From an uncultured Candidatus Saccharibacteria bacterium (lineage in GTDB: Bacteria; Patescibacteriota; Minisyncoccia; UBA6257; UBA9933), in contig CAYIWD010000003.1 in assembly GCA_964367055.1 (NCBI GenBank), positions 1 through 38,580 of the forward strand: a stretch of DNA of 38,580 nt, given 5' to 3'. Each line of letters opens with the position of its first letter. Within the stretch, counting starts at the first letter, position 1. This document shows, in pieces, positions 25,906 through 33,933 of the stretch. Position numbers and translations under genes: made by a program. The notes beneath the pieces are model-generated. The model was not told the origin of the DNA, ran no database searches, and saw nothing but the letters and a program-made list of their open reading frames with translations.

Positions 25906-26252
25906 TTGGGAATTGATAATAAAATTTTATAAATTATGTATGGCGGAATTAATAGCCAAGAAATATAAATAATCAGGGCCAATAAAATAATAATTGAATA
26001 AATAATGCCGCCGATAATTATTCTCCAGCTTCTGAAGAAAAATCCCAAAATATAGCCGATAAAACTTCTATCAGAATAAAGCGGCTGGAATATATTTCTT
26101 AAAGTAATTTTAAAAGCTAAGGTTCGGTCAAGTTTTTCCAAAAGAGAAATAAAAAAATGGCTGTAAATTTTAAAACTGCCAAAATACCAATGCTTAAAAA
26201 ATTCTGTTAGGCGATAAATAAGACGAATAAAAAGATAGGGAATAAGAGTCAT
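25902..26252 (-). CDS. small membrane protein translationally coupled to the Clp ATPase
   Basis: Hydrophobic 116-aa ORF with an ATGA overlap to the ATPase gene. Confidence 0.8.
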   Translation of the reverse strand: MTLIPYLFIRLIYRLTEFFKHWYFGSFKIYSHFFISLLEKLDRTLAFKITLRNIFQPLYSDRSFIGYILGFFFRSWRIIIGGIIYSIIILLALIIYISWLLIPPYIIYKILLSIPK

Positions 26253-26295
26253 AATGAGCTGTTAATTTCAGTATATCCTATACTCTTAAAAAATA

Positions 26296-26313
26296 AAGGG
26301 GCTTTTGCCCCTT
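26296..26313 (-). terminator. intrinsic terminator
   Basis: AAGGGGC-AAAA-GCCCCTT then TATTTTTT, at the stop of the sigma gene. Confidence 0.7.
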
Positions 26314-27265
26314 AAGATGAATCATGAATTTCTTTTAATGCCTTGCCAATTCTTCCTTCCCTGATTTTTGCTTTTGTTTTGTTTTCAATTTGTCTTACTC
26401 TCTCGCGAGAAATTTTGAAATCCTTGCCGATTTTGTCCAGTGTTTCTTCCTCTGGCGCCTTTTCGCTATTTTGGGGATTTTTTATGGTATAAGCGTTTCT
26501 TCGGCAAAGAATCTCTCGTTCTCTTTTCGTGAGTTTAAACAAGGCAGAATTTAACTTTCTCCGCAAATCCATTTTTTCAGCCGGGTCCTTATAGGTAAAA
26601 GGATCAAATGACCCTTTACCTAACTTTAACTCCCCATCCTCAGCGACGAAGTCAATTAATTCGTCTCCTTCTTCATCGGCGATTTTGAGATTTAGCGAAG
26701 TTGATTTTCGCATTGCCTTTTTCGCGTTTATCACCTCTCTTTGTTTTAAGCCTGATAGTTTAGCGATACTAGAGATATCAGCTTTCTTATTAGTGGCTTT
26801 CAGCTTGGCTTCGACTCTGGCTATTCTTAACATTGGCTGTAAAAGATAAATAGGGAAGCCATTATTCTTGCACAGCTCCCGCTGGATTCGTACCCGTATT
26901 CGCCACCAAGCATAGGTGCCGAACCGGCCTTTTTTGGGATTGAATTTTTTGGTTGCTTCTATTAGTCCGATATTTCCCGCTTGAACCAAATCATCAAAAT
27001 CCAGGCCTCTGTTTAGATATTTTTTAGCCACCGCAAATACCAACTTCAGGTTAGAACAGATAAGTGTTTCTCTTGCTTTTCGGTCGCCGTTTTTTATCGC
27101 CTTAGCTAACCTATTTTCATCCTCTCTACTGATAAATGGGAAACAACCGACTGCTTTGTAATAAGCATTAGATACTGTAGTACCCATCTTCTTGGATTTA
27201 TCCTCCTTCTCTTCTTCATTGGATAAAACTTCTTCATTAATCTCCTCTTCATTATCCCAGCCCAT
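26312..27265 (-). CDS. sigma-70 family factor (RpoD-like regions 1.2-4, no region 1.1)
   Basis: SNLKLV..VAKKY..RGL...DLVQAGNIGL and ISRERVRQIE. Start moved to ATG 27265, which follows SD AAGGAGGT. Confidence 0.88.
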   Translation of the reverse strand: MGWDNEEEINEEVLSNEEEKEDKSKKMGTTVSNAYYKAVGCFPFISREDENRLAKAIKNGDRKARETLICSNLKLVFAVAKKYLNRGLDFDDLVQAGNIGLIEATKKFNPKKGRFGTYAWWRIRVRIQRELCKNNGFPIYLLQPMLRIARVEAKLKATNKKADISSIAKLSGLKQREVINAKKAMRKSTSLNLKIADEEGDELIDFVAEDGELKLGKGSFDPFTYKDPAEKMDLRRKLNSALFKLTKREREILCRRNAYTIKNPQNSEKAPEEETLDKIGKDFKISRERVRQIENKTKAKIREGRIGKALKEIHDSS

Positions 27266-27330
27266 CTGAACCCACCTCCTTTCCAAATAAAATTTTAAAG
27301 GAACTCAACATAAAATTTCAACATATGATG

Positions 27331-27368
27331 TGCGTGTGGATGGAATCGAACCATCGGCCTCCATTTTA
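27331..27368 (-). pseudogene. 3' half of a tRNA-Ile-like gene
   Basis: TAAAATGGAGGCC GATGG-TTCGATT-CCATC CACACGCA matches the 3' halves of the neighbouring copies. Confidence 0.8.
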
Positions 27369-27401
27369 CCCGCCTGCCAAAGCCGATCCGAAATTTTGGT
27401 G

Positions 27402-27502
27402 TGGGTGTGGAAGGGATCGAACCTTCGGCCTCCATTTTATCAGAATGGCGTTCTACTCCGACCGTGGTCGGAGTCCGACAAAGGTCGGACCACTGAGCTA
27501 CG
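27402..27502 (-). pseudogene. tRNA-Ile(GAT) copy lacking the 5' acceptor strand, with the 34-bp double hairpin (27456-27489) in the D-loop
   Basis: GTAGCTCAGTGG-[element]-TAGAACG CCATT-CTGATAA-AATGG ... TTCGATC ... CACACCCA. Confidence 0.88.
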
Positions 27503-27520
27503 TTTTTAAATTTGACAATT

Positions 27521-27880
27521 CTATTCTATATTTAATTTAGTGGGCACACCAAGGATCGAACTTGGGACCTCCATTTTATCAGAATGGCGTTCTACCACTG
27601 AACTATGTGCCCTATGATTCCACGGAAATGTTTTATCTATAATTACTTTTTCTAAAATATCCTTTCTTTTATAACTTTTCAAGCGGTATTCTGACTTTTT
27701 AGCTTCGGTTAAATCTCCGCATAAAATAAAACACTTTAATTCTAATGGACTAATATTCTTCGTTGCCTTAACCAGTCCTTTATTATGTTGTGAGAATCGT
27801 CTTTCTATATTATCAGAACTTCCAATATAATAATAACCATTTTTTAAACTTTTTAAGATATAGACACCAGCCTTTTTCAT
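27521..27880 (-). CDS. small GIY-YIG nuclease (YhbQ/UPF0213/SLX1-like)
   Basis: GVYIL...YYIGSS.NIERR..QHN.G...T....P...EA...E..LK. The last ~30 codons read through tRNA-Ile. Confidence 0.9.
   Translation of the reverse strand: MKKAGVYILKSLKNGYYYIGSSDNIERRFSQHNKGLVKATKNISPLELKCFILCGDLTEAKKSEYRLKSYKRKDILEKVIIDKTFPWNHRAHSSVVERHSDKMEVPSSILGVPTKLNIE
27541..27612 (-). tRNA. tRNA-Ile(GAT), intact
   Basis: Acceptor GGGCACA/TGTGCCC-A, anticodon arm CCATT-CTGATAA-AATGG, T arm CCAAG-TTCGATC-CTTGG. Confidence 0.93.
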
Positions 27881-27952
27881 TTTATCAGGACAGCGTTTTG
27901 CTCCGACCGTTGTCGGAGTCCGACAAGGGTCGGGTCACTGAGCCACACGCCC
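27878..27952 (-). pseudogene. 5' half of tRNA-Ile(GAT) with the double hairpin (27901-27934) in the D-loop
   Basis: GGGCGTG TG GCTC AGTGA-[element]-CAAAACG CTGTC-CTGATAA-AATG. The final ATG is the GIY-YIG start codon. Confidence 0.85.
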
Positions 27953-27957
27953 AAGAG

Positions 27958-28158
27958 TTATTGTATAATTCCTAATTTCTCTAACCCCTCAAAATTAAAT
28001 TGAGTGATTTCTTTGACGTTTGCCAAGTCAGAGTTTGAGGCGTTTCTGGTATTTGTAATCAGAAAATTTACCGAATAGATAATGAACAAAGTCGTAATTA
28101 AAAGCAATAAAACGCCGATGGCGATAAACAAAATTTCACGTTTATTTTTTAATTTCAT
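27958..28158 (-). CDS. small single-pass membrane protein
   Basis: Basic N-terminus plus one TM segment, downstream of the PilO-like gene. Confidence 0.7.
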   Translation of the reverse strand: MKLKNKREILFIAIGVLLLLITTLFIIYSVNFLITNTRNASNSDLANVKEITQFNFEGLEKLGIIQ

Positions 28159-28180
28159 AAATATTATTTGTTTTAATTTG

Positions 28181-28696
28181 TTAGAAGGAAAATACGCCGC
28201 CAGTCATCAATAATCCAAAATCTTTTTCTTGTTTGGCGATATCAATTGTTTTAAATTTAATGAAGTATTGGCCGTTTTCAAGCGTCTTTAAAAAAACCAC
28301 AAAACCCTCAAAAGAACCCTGGCCACTGATGGTGAAGTTGGTTTGCTGTAATTCTTCGCTGTCTTGATATTCTCCTTGGCCAAGAGTTGTATTTAAATTA
28401 AACTTATTTTGTTTGGCAATACTAACGATATTTTTGGGAAAGGCAATTAATTGGTCGCGACTAGGTAAAATATTTTGAAGCGTAGCTTCGTAACTTTTTG
28501 CTGTTTCGGCTTGTTGATTTAGAATTGCCAAAGAGTCAGTTAGCCCCGTCTGGAAAAGCAAATCCCCTCTTAATTTCTCAATTTGGCTAGTTTTTTTACT
28601 CATATCAGAGCCGACAAAAAACAGAGCCAATATTAAAGTTAAGCAAACGCCCAAGGGGACGGTAATAATAACCAAGAGACGCTTTCTAAAATTCAT
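28181..28696 (-). CDS. PilO/GspM-like type IV pilus assembly protein
   Basis: N-terminal TM, coiled coil, LP motif, then G.F.....FL..LE....FI pattern of the ferredoxin-like domain. Confidence 0.65.
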   Translation of the reverse strand: MNFRKRLLVIITVPLGVCLTLILALFFVGSDMSKKTSQIEKLRGDLLFQTGLTDSLAILNQQAETAKSYEATLQNILPSRDQLIAFPKNIVSIAKQNKFNLNTTLGQGEYQDSEELQQTNFTISGQGSFEGFVVFLKTLENGQYFIKFKTIDIAKQEKDFGLLMTGGVFSF

Positions 28697-28801
28697 ACCC
28701 AGTGCTACAACAATTTGTAATAATCATATAGTTTCGACTTTTTATATTTATTAAATATTTTTATGCCAGCACCACATTACTTTAGTTGTAGCACCGGGCA
28801 T
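28695..28801. repeat. 107-bp segment bounded by 17-bp inverted repeats (15/17 match)
   Basis: ATACCCAGTGCTACAAC ... GTTGTAGCACCGGGCAT. Confidence 0.75.
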
Positions 28802-28815
28802 ACTATAATTATAGA

Positions 28816-29691
28816 ATGAATAAACCAGAAATCAAATCAATTTATGCCAAAGAGCCGGGCTTCCCTTCGCTTCTGAAAGAAATTCAAAATCCACCTTCAA
28901 AAATTTTTATTTTGGGAAAATTACCAAGCGATCCGCCGGCTGGCGGACCTAAAATCGCCGTTGTCGGCACGCGAAGAGCTACTCTTCAAGGTCGTTTGCT
29001 TGCCAAGGAAATAGCCAAAAAATTAGCTGAAAAAGGGATAATAATTGTTAGTGGCTTGGCAATGGGTATTGATACTTCAGCTCACGAAGGCGCGCTTTTA
29101 GCTAATGGGCAAACCATCGGAGTTTTAGCTTGCGGTTTGGATAATATTTATCCTCGGCAAAACGAGAATTTAGCTAAGCATATTATTGAAAATGACGGGG
29201 CGATTATTTCGGAATATCCGGTTGGCACAGAAGCCTTTAAAAATCATTTTTTAGAACGCAATAGAATTATCAGCGGCTTATGTATCGCTACTATTATTAT
29301 AGAAGCGCCGCAGGAATCTGGAGCTTTGGTAACGGCTCGCTTAGCCGCCGAGCAAGGCCGGGAAGTTTTTGTTGTGCCGGGCGGAATTAACAATCCCAAT
29401 TATTATGGTTCTCATAAATTAATTAGAGACGGCGCGAGGTTGGTCGGTTCAATTGATGATATTTTTGAGGATTTAGGTATTGATATCCATCAGCCTAAAT
29501 TAGCGTTTGAAAAAATTAAAGACAAAAATCAATCAGCTATTTTTCAAACTATTCAAGAGGCGGGGGAGGCGTTAAATATTGACAAAATTATTGAACTGAC
29601 TAAACTTGAACCGCAAATAGTCAATCAATCTCTGGCGCTTCTAATTATTCAAGGCATAATAAAAGAGACAGAGAAGGGATATACAATATAA
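28816..29691 (+). CDS. dprA: DNA-processing protein DprA
   Basis: IAVVGTR, IVSGLAMGID..AH, F.ERNRIISG and SGALVTA..A.EQGREVF motifs. Confidence 0.97.
   Translation: MNKPEIKSIYAKEPGFPSLLKEIQNPPSKIFILGKLPSDPPAGGPKIAVVGTRRATLQGRLLAKEIAKKLAEKGIIIVSGLAMGIDTSAHEGALLANGQTIGVLACGLDNIYPRQNENLAKHIIENDGAIISEYPVGTEAFKNHFLERNRIISGLCIATIIIEAPQESGALVTARLAAEQGREVFVVPGGINNPNYYGSHKLIRDGARLVGSIDDIFEDLGIDIHQPKLAFEKIKDKNQSAIFQTIQEAGEALNIDKIIELTKLEPQIVNQSLALLIIQGIIKETEKGYTI
28932..28947. repeat. TCCGCC-N4-GGCGGA hairpin in dprA
   Basis: TCCGCC-GGCT-GGCGGA, encoding PPAGG. Confidence 0.75.
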
Positions 29692-29698
29692 AAATAAT

Positions 29699-31882
29699 AT
29701 GAAACTTTTAATCGTTGAGTCGCCGGCCAAAATAAAAACAATTTCAAAATATCTGCCCGAAGGGTATGTGGTTAAAGCGAGTATTGGCCACATTCGGGAT
29801 TTGCCGAAAAGAAATAAAAAAGCCATTGACATAGATGCCGGCTTTGCGCCGTATTATGAGATAATCAAAGGCAAAGAAAAGATAATTTCTGAAATAAAAA
29901 ATGAATCAAAAAAAGCCGAAGAAATAATTCTCGCGACCGACCCTGACCGTGAAGGAGAAGCTATTGCGTATCATCTGTCGCAGATTTTGGATTTAGACGG
30001 GAAGCGGTCGCCAAAAATTGAACGCATAACTTTTAACGAAATAACAGAGTCGGCGATTAAAGACGCCTTAAAGCATCCTCGCGCTATTGATATGGATTTG
30101 GTGAGAGCACAGGAGGCGCGCCGGGTTTTGGATCGTCTCGTGGGTTATGATTTATCTGGCTTAATCTGGAAAAAAGTGCGTTATGGATTATCTGCTGGTC
30201 GCGTTCAATCGCCGGCTTTAAGAATCATAGTGGAGCGCGAGCGGGAAATCCGCGCTTTTATTCCTGAAAATTATTGGGTAATTACCGGAGAGTTTAAGAC
30301 AAAAAGCGGGAAAAGAATAATTTTTAGTTGTGATGAGCAGCCCAAAAAAGAATCTGAGGCAAATCGAATTATTGATATCAGCCGTAAAAATGATTGGCGG
30401 ATAATCGATATTAATTCTATTGAAGCAAAACGTTCTCCGAGGCCGCCGTTTATTACTTCCACTCTTCAGCAAGCCGCTAGTTCGCGGTTCGGTTATTCGC
30501 CATCGCGCACTATGATGATTGCGCAAAGATTATACGAGCAGGGGTTTATAACGTATGTGCGCACAGACAGCGTAAATTTAAGCAAAGAAATCCTGCCGCA
30601 AATTTATGGGATAATAGAAAAAGATTTCGGAAAACAATATTTATATCCTAGAGCGTATACTTCAAAAAGCAAAACTAGCCAGGAAGCTCACGAAGCAATC
30701 AGGCCCGCAGATATGAGAAAAAAATCAGCCAACTTAACAAATGAGCAAAAAAATCTTTATGAATTAATTCTTACAAGAACTATCGCGTCTCAAATGTCAG
30801 ACGCCAAAATTCTGCGGACAAAAATAACTGCGAATATAGATAATGAAAATCCAAAAAACAGAATTCCGAATTTTTCAGCTACAGGCAGCGTCATAATTTT
30901 TCCGGGCTGGCTTGAAGCAGATGTTTTAAGCCGCGGAGAAGATGTTGAGCTTCCGCAAGTTTCAAAAGGCGAAGAGTTAGAACTTTTGAATATTTCAGGC
31001 CAAGGCAAACAAACTGAACCATTAGGCCGTTACACCGAAGCAGGCCTGATTAAAGAATTAGAAAAGCGGGAAATCGGCAGGCCAAGCACTTACGCGACTA
31101 TTGTCAAAACAATCCAAGATAGGGGATATGTGTTAAAAGAAGGAAAAACATTGAAACCAACCGACATTGGCGAAGTGGTGAGTAGTTTCCTTGAGAAAAA
31201 TTTTACAAAATACATCAGTGATTATTTTACCGCGGAAATGGAAAATGAATTGGACGAAATCGCTAATGGCAAAAGAAAATACGAAACAATGCTTTCTGAA
31301 TTCTACAAGCCGTTTTCAAAAGATGTCAAAGAAAAAGAAAAAACAGCTGGCAAAATCACGAATCTTGGCGAAGCGGATGAGAAAATTAAATGCCCTAGTT
31401 GTGGCGGGTCTATGGTTATTAAATTGTCGCGCACCGGAAAGTTTTTAAGCTGTAAGAATTTTCCAAAATGTTCGGGAGCGAGAAAAATTGACGGCTCAAT
31501 TATGGAAGGTCCGAAAGAAACAGGAGAAATTTGCCCTCAATGCGGAGGCAAACTTGTTGAACGCGAAGGGAAATTCGGCAAGTTTGTGGCGTGTTCAAAA
31601 TATCCTAAATGCCGTTATGTTCAAAAAAGCGTGGAGGAAGAAGCCAAAGGAAAAACCGGTATCAAATGTCCTAAATGCAAGCAAGGTGAAATTATCAGCC
31701 GACGTGGCAGATTCGGCGAATTTTATTCGTGCTCAAATTATCCGAAATGCGATTTTATTATGAAGGCGCGCCCCACTGGAAAAATTTGCGAGATTTGCGG
31801 CTCTTTAATGATGGAAGGAACCAAAACAATTTCTGAGAGATGTTCTAATAAATCATGCCCTGGCTACAAGGGTAAAAAATAA
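29699..31882 (+). CDS. topA: DNA topoisomerase I
   Basis: LLIVESPAK, ATDPDREGE, SAGRVQ, ITYVRTDS, GRPSTY and C-terminal zinc ribbons. Confidence 0.98.
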   Translation: MKLLIVESPAKIKTISKYLPEGYVVKASIGHIRDLPKRNKKAIDIDAGFAPYYEIIKGKEKIISEIKNESKKAEEIILATDPDREGEAIAYHLSQILDLDGKRSPKIERITFNEITESAIKDALKHPRAIDMDLVRAQEARRVLDRLVGYDLSGLIWKKVRYGLSAGRVQSPALRIIVEREREIRAFIPENYWVITGEFKTKSGKRIIFSCDEQPKKESEANRIIDISRKNDWRIIDINSIEAKRSPRPPFITSTLQQAASSRFGYSPSRTMMIAQRLYEQGFITYVRTDSVNLSKEILPQIYGIIEKDFGKQYLYPRAYTSKSKTSQEAHEAIRPADMRKKSANLTNEQKNLYELILTRTIASQMSDAKILRTKITANIDNENPKNRIPNFSATGSVIIFPGWLEADVLSRGEDVELPQVSKGEELELLNISGQGKQTEPLGRYTEAGLIKELEKREIGRPSTYATIVKTIQDRGYVLKEGKTLKPTDIGEVVSSFLEKNFTKYISDYFTAEMENELDEIANGKRKYETMLSEFYKPFSKDVKEKEKTAGKITNLGEADEKIKCPSCGGSMVIKLSRTGKFLSCKNFPKCSGARKIDGSIMEGPKETGEICPQCGGKLVEREGKFGKFVACSKYPKCRYVQKSVEEEAKGKTGIKCPKCKQGEIISRRGRFGEFYSCSNYPKCDFIMKARPTGKICEICGSLMMEGTKTISERCSNKSCPGYKGKK

Positions 31883-31885
31883 AAA

Positions 31886-31909
31886 ATGAGGTTGATTTCT
31901 CAACCTCAT
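31886..31909. terminator. terminator hairpin between convergent genes
   Basis: ATGAGGTTGA-TTTC-TCAACCTCAT with a T run on the minus strand. Confidence 0.75.
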
Positions 31910-31943
31910 GTTCATGTCCATACTCATTATATACTCAAGGGTT

Positions 31944-32147
31944 TTAAGAGTTTTTGGGGCTATCCACTCTATCGCATAGAGCGATCAGCCATTTGGCCGC
32001 CCATAACACCTCTTTTCCGAAGCGGTCTCGTTTAAGGGTTTTCTTTATGGCGGAAATATCTCCGCCATGCTTTTTGACGAGTCTTTCCGCCACAGTTGCT
32101 GCGGAGGCAGCCTGTTCTTGCACTTCAATAATATCTGTTTGCCTCAT
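31944..32147 (-). CDS. hypothetical protein (67 aa)
   Basis: SD AAAGGAG before the ATG and a terminator downstream. Confidence 0.65.
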   Translation of the reverse strand: MRQTDIIEVQEQAASAATVAERLVKKHGGDISAIKKTLKRDRFGKEVLWAAKWLIALCDRVDSPKNS

Positions 32148-32172
32148 CTTATTCTCCTTTCGTTTGTAAGAT

Positions 32173-32201
32173 TTGAAATAGTTCTATGATTATCATAAAC
32201 T
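32173..32201 (+). promoter_or_regulatory. sigma70-type promoter of rel
   Basis: TTGAAA-17 bp-TAAACT, 9 nt before the ATG. Confidence 0.6.
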
Positions 32202-32210
32202 AAAATCACT

Positions 32211-33923
32211 ATGAATGTCAAGGATTTATTAAATGAAATCCAAAAAAACAGAGAAATAAGCGAAGAAGAGATTAATTTAATCAAGCGCGCTTTTGATTTC
32301 GCCGAAAAATCTCATCAGGGTCAAAAAAGAAAATCCGGCGAGCCATATTTTAATCACGTCTATGCGGCGGCTCTTAAAATCACTCAGTGGCGTTTGGATG
32401 TTTCAACTATCGCCGCGGCATTGCTTCACGATGTAGTTGAATCAGGTGTTGCGTTAGATGAACTCAAAAAAGAATTCGGTGAAGAAGTCGCATATTTAGT
32501 AGAAGGCGTGACAAAGCTCGGCAATTTAAAATATCGCGTTCCCGAAGAGCAGCAGGCGGAAAATTTAAGAAAAATGCTTTTAGCTATTAGCCAAGACATC
32601 AGAGTTATTATTGTTAAGCTGGCTGACAGATTGCACAATATGAAAACCCTGAAATTTCTAGCGGCCCCAAAACAAAAAAGAATTTCTTTAGAAACTTTTG
32701 AAATTTACGCGCCCCTAGCTTATCGTCTGGGAATGACAAGCTTGGCTGGCGAACTTGAGGATTTAGCTTTCCCCTTTCTTTATCCTAAAGAATATGATTG
32801 GTTGACCGAAAATATTAAAGAACGTTACGAAGAACGTCAAAAGTATTTAGAAAAAGTTAAAGAAGCTATTGAACAAACACTCAAAAGTCATAATATTTTT
32901 CCTGTTCAAATTGATTTTCGGGCTAAGCATTACAGCTCGCTTTATAAAAAACTTCTCCGTTACGATATGAATCTGGAACAAATTTATGACTTGGTAGCTT
33001 TAAGGATTATTGTCAAAACCGTTGAAGAATGCTACGCGATTTTAGGAATTATCCATCAAATGTGGCCGCCTCTGCCTGGCCGAATCAAAGATTATATTGC
33101 CTTGCCAAAGCCCAACGGCTATCGCAGTTTGCACACCACGGTTTTTTGTATTAATAGCAAACCGACTGAATTTCAAATTAGAACCTTAGAAATGCACGAA
33201 CATTCGGAAAATGGTATTGCCGCCCACTGGGCCTATGAACAAAAAAAAGGCAAAAAAGAGTATTTAGAAGACAGAACGATTTTTGCCGATAAGAAAGAAT
33301 TAACCTGGGTGGAACAGTTGAGGAATTGGCAGAAAGATTTTTCTGACTCGGAAGAATTTCTTCGGTCATTAAAAATTGATTTCTTTAAAGACCGGATTTT
33401 TGTCATCACCCCAAGAGGAGAGGTAGTTGACCTACCATTAGCTGCCACGCCAGTTGACTTTGCCTACGCCATTCATAGTACTATTGGCGATGAATGCATT
33501 GGCGCTAAGATAAATGGCAAAATTATGCCTTTGGATTATTCTCTTCAGTCCGGCGATTTAGTGGAAATTTTAACGCAGAAAAGCAAAAAACCTTCGGAGT
33601 CGTGGTTAAAATTCGTTAAAACCAGCCAAGCGCGAAAAAAAATTAAATCTGGTCTTGCGCAATCATCGGGTTTGATTAAAAAAAGAAAAATGCAAACTGA
33701 ATTTAAGATTACAGTTGCCGACCGTATCGGAATTTTAAAAGACATCACTGCGGTTATTTCGCGTTCTCATATTAACATTAACAAAGTTAATGTCCCCCAG
33801 ACAGAAAATTTTCCGAATTTAAGAATTTATTGCGATTTATCTGATAAAGAAAAAATAGAGAAAGTGATTCTGAAATTAAAAAAGATAAAAGGGGTGAAAG
33901 AGATAAGTTATAGATTAGTATAG
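32211..33923 (+). CDS. rel: RelA/SpoT-family (p)ppGpp synthetase/hydrolase (HD-SYN-TGS-ACT)
   Basis: QKRKSGEPY, LLHD, KLADRLHNM, RIKDYIA.PKPNGY.SLHT, EFQIRT and TPVDFAY motifs. Confidence 0.94.
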   Translation: MNVKDLLNEIQKNREISEEEINLIKRAFDFAEKSHQGQKRKSGEPYFNHVYAAALKITQWRLDVSTIAAALLHDVVESGVALDELKKEFGEEVAYLVEGVTKLGNLKYRVPEEQQAENLRKMLLAISQDIRVIIVKLADRLHNMKTLKFLAAPKQKRISLETFEIYAPLAYRLGMTSLAGELEDLAFPFLYPKEYDWLTENIKERYEERQKYLEKVKEAIEQTLKSHNIFPVQIDFRAKHYSSLYKKLLRYDMNLEQIYDLVALRIIVKTVEECYAILGIIHQMWPPLPGRIKDYIALPKPNGYRSLHTTVFCINSKPTEFQIRTLEMHEHSENGIAAHWAYEQKKGKKEYLEDRTIFADKKELTWVEQLRNWQKDFSDSEEFLRSLKIDFFKDRIFVITPRGEVVDLPLAATPVDFAYAIHSTIGDECIGAKINGKIMPLDYSLQSGDLVEILTQKSKKPSESWLKFVKTSQARKKIKSGLAQSSGLIKKRKMQTEFKITVADRIGILKDITAVISRSHININKVNVPQTENFPNLRIYCDLSDKEKIEKVILKLKKIKGVKEISYRLV

Positions 33924-33933
33924 AATATAAAAT

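Noticed and set aside
27369-27877. Group I intron in the tRNA-Ile anticodon loop with a GIY-YIG homing enzyme
   Set aside because: The insert is occupied by the ORF and tRNA copies, leaving no room for a ribozyme core. The rejoined halves would have a mismatched anticodon stem (CTGTC vs AATGG).
1873-27934. TCCGAC/GTCGGA repeats as a CRISPR array
   Set aside because: Copies are dispersed, have no 25-45-nt spacers, and no cas gene is visible.
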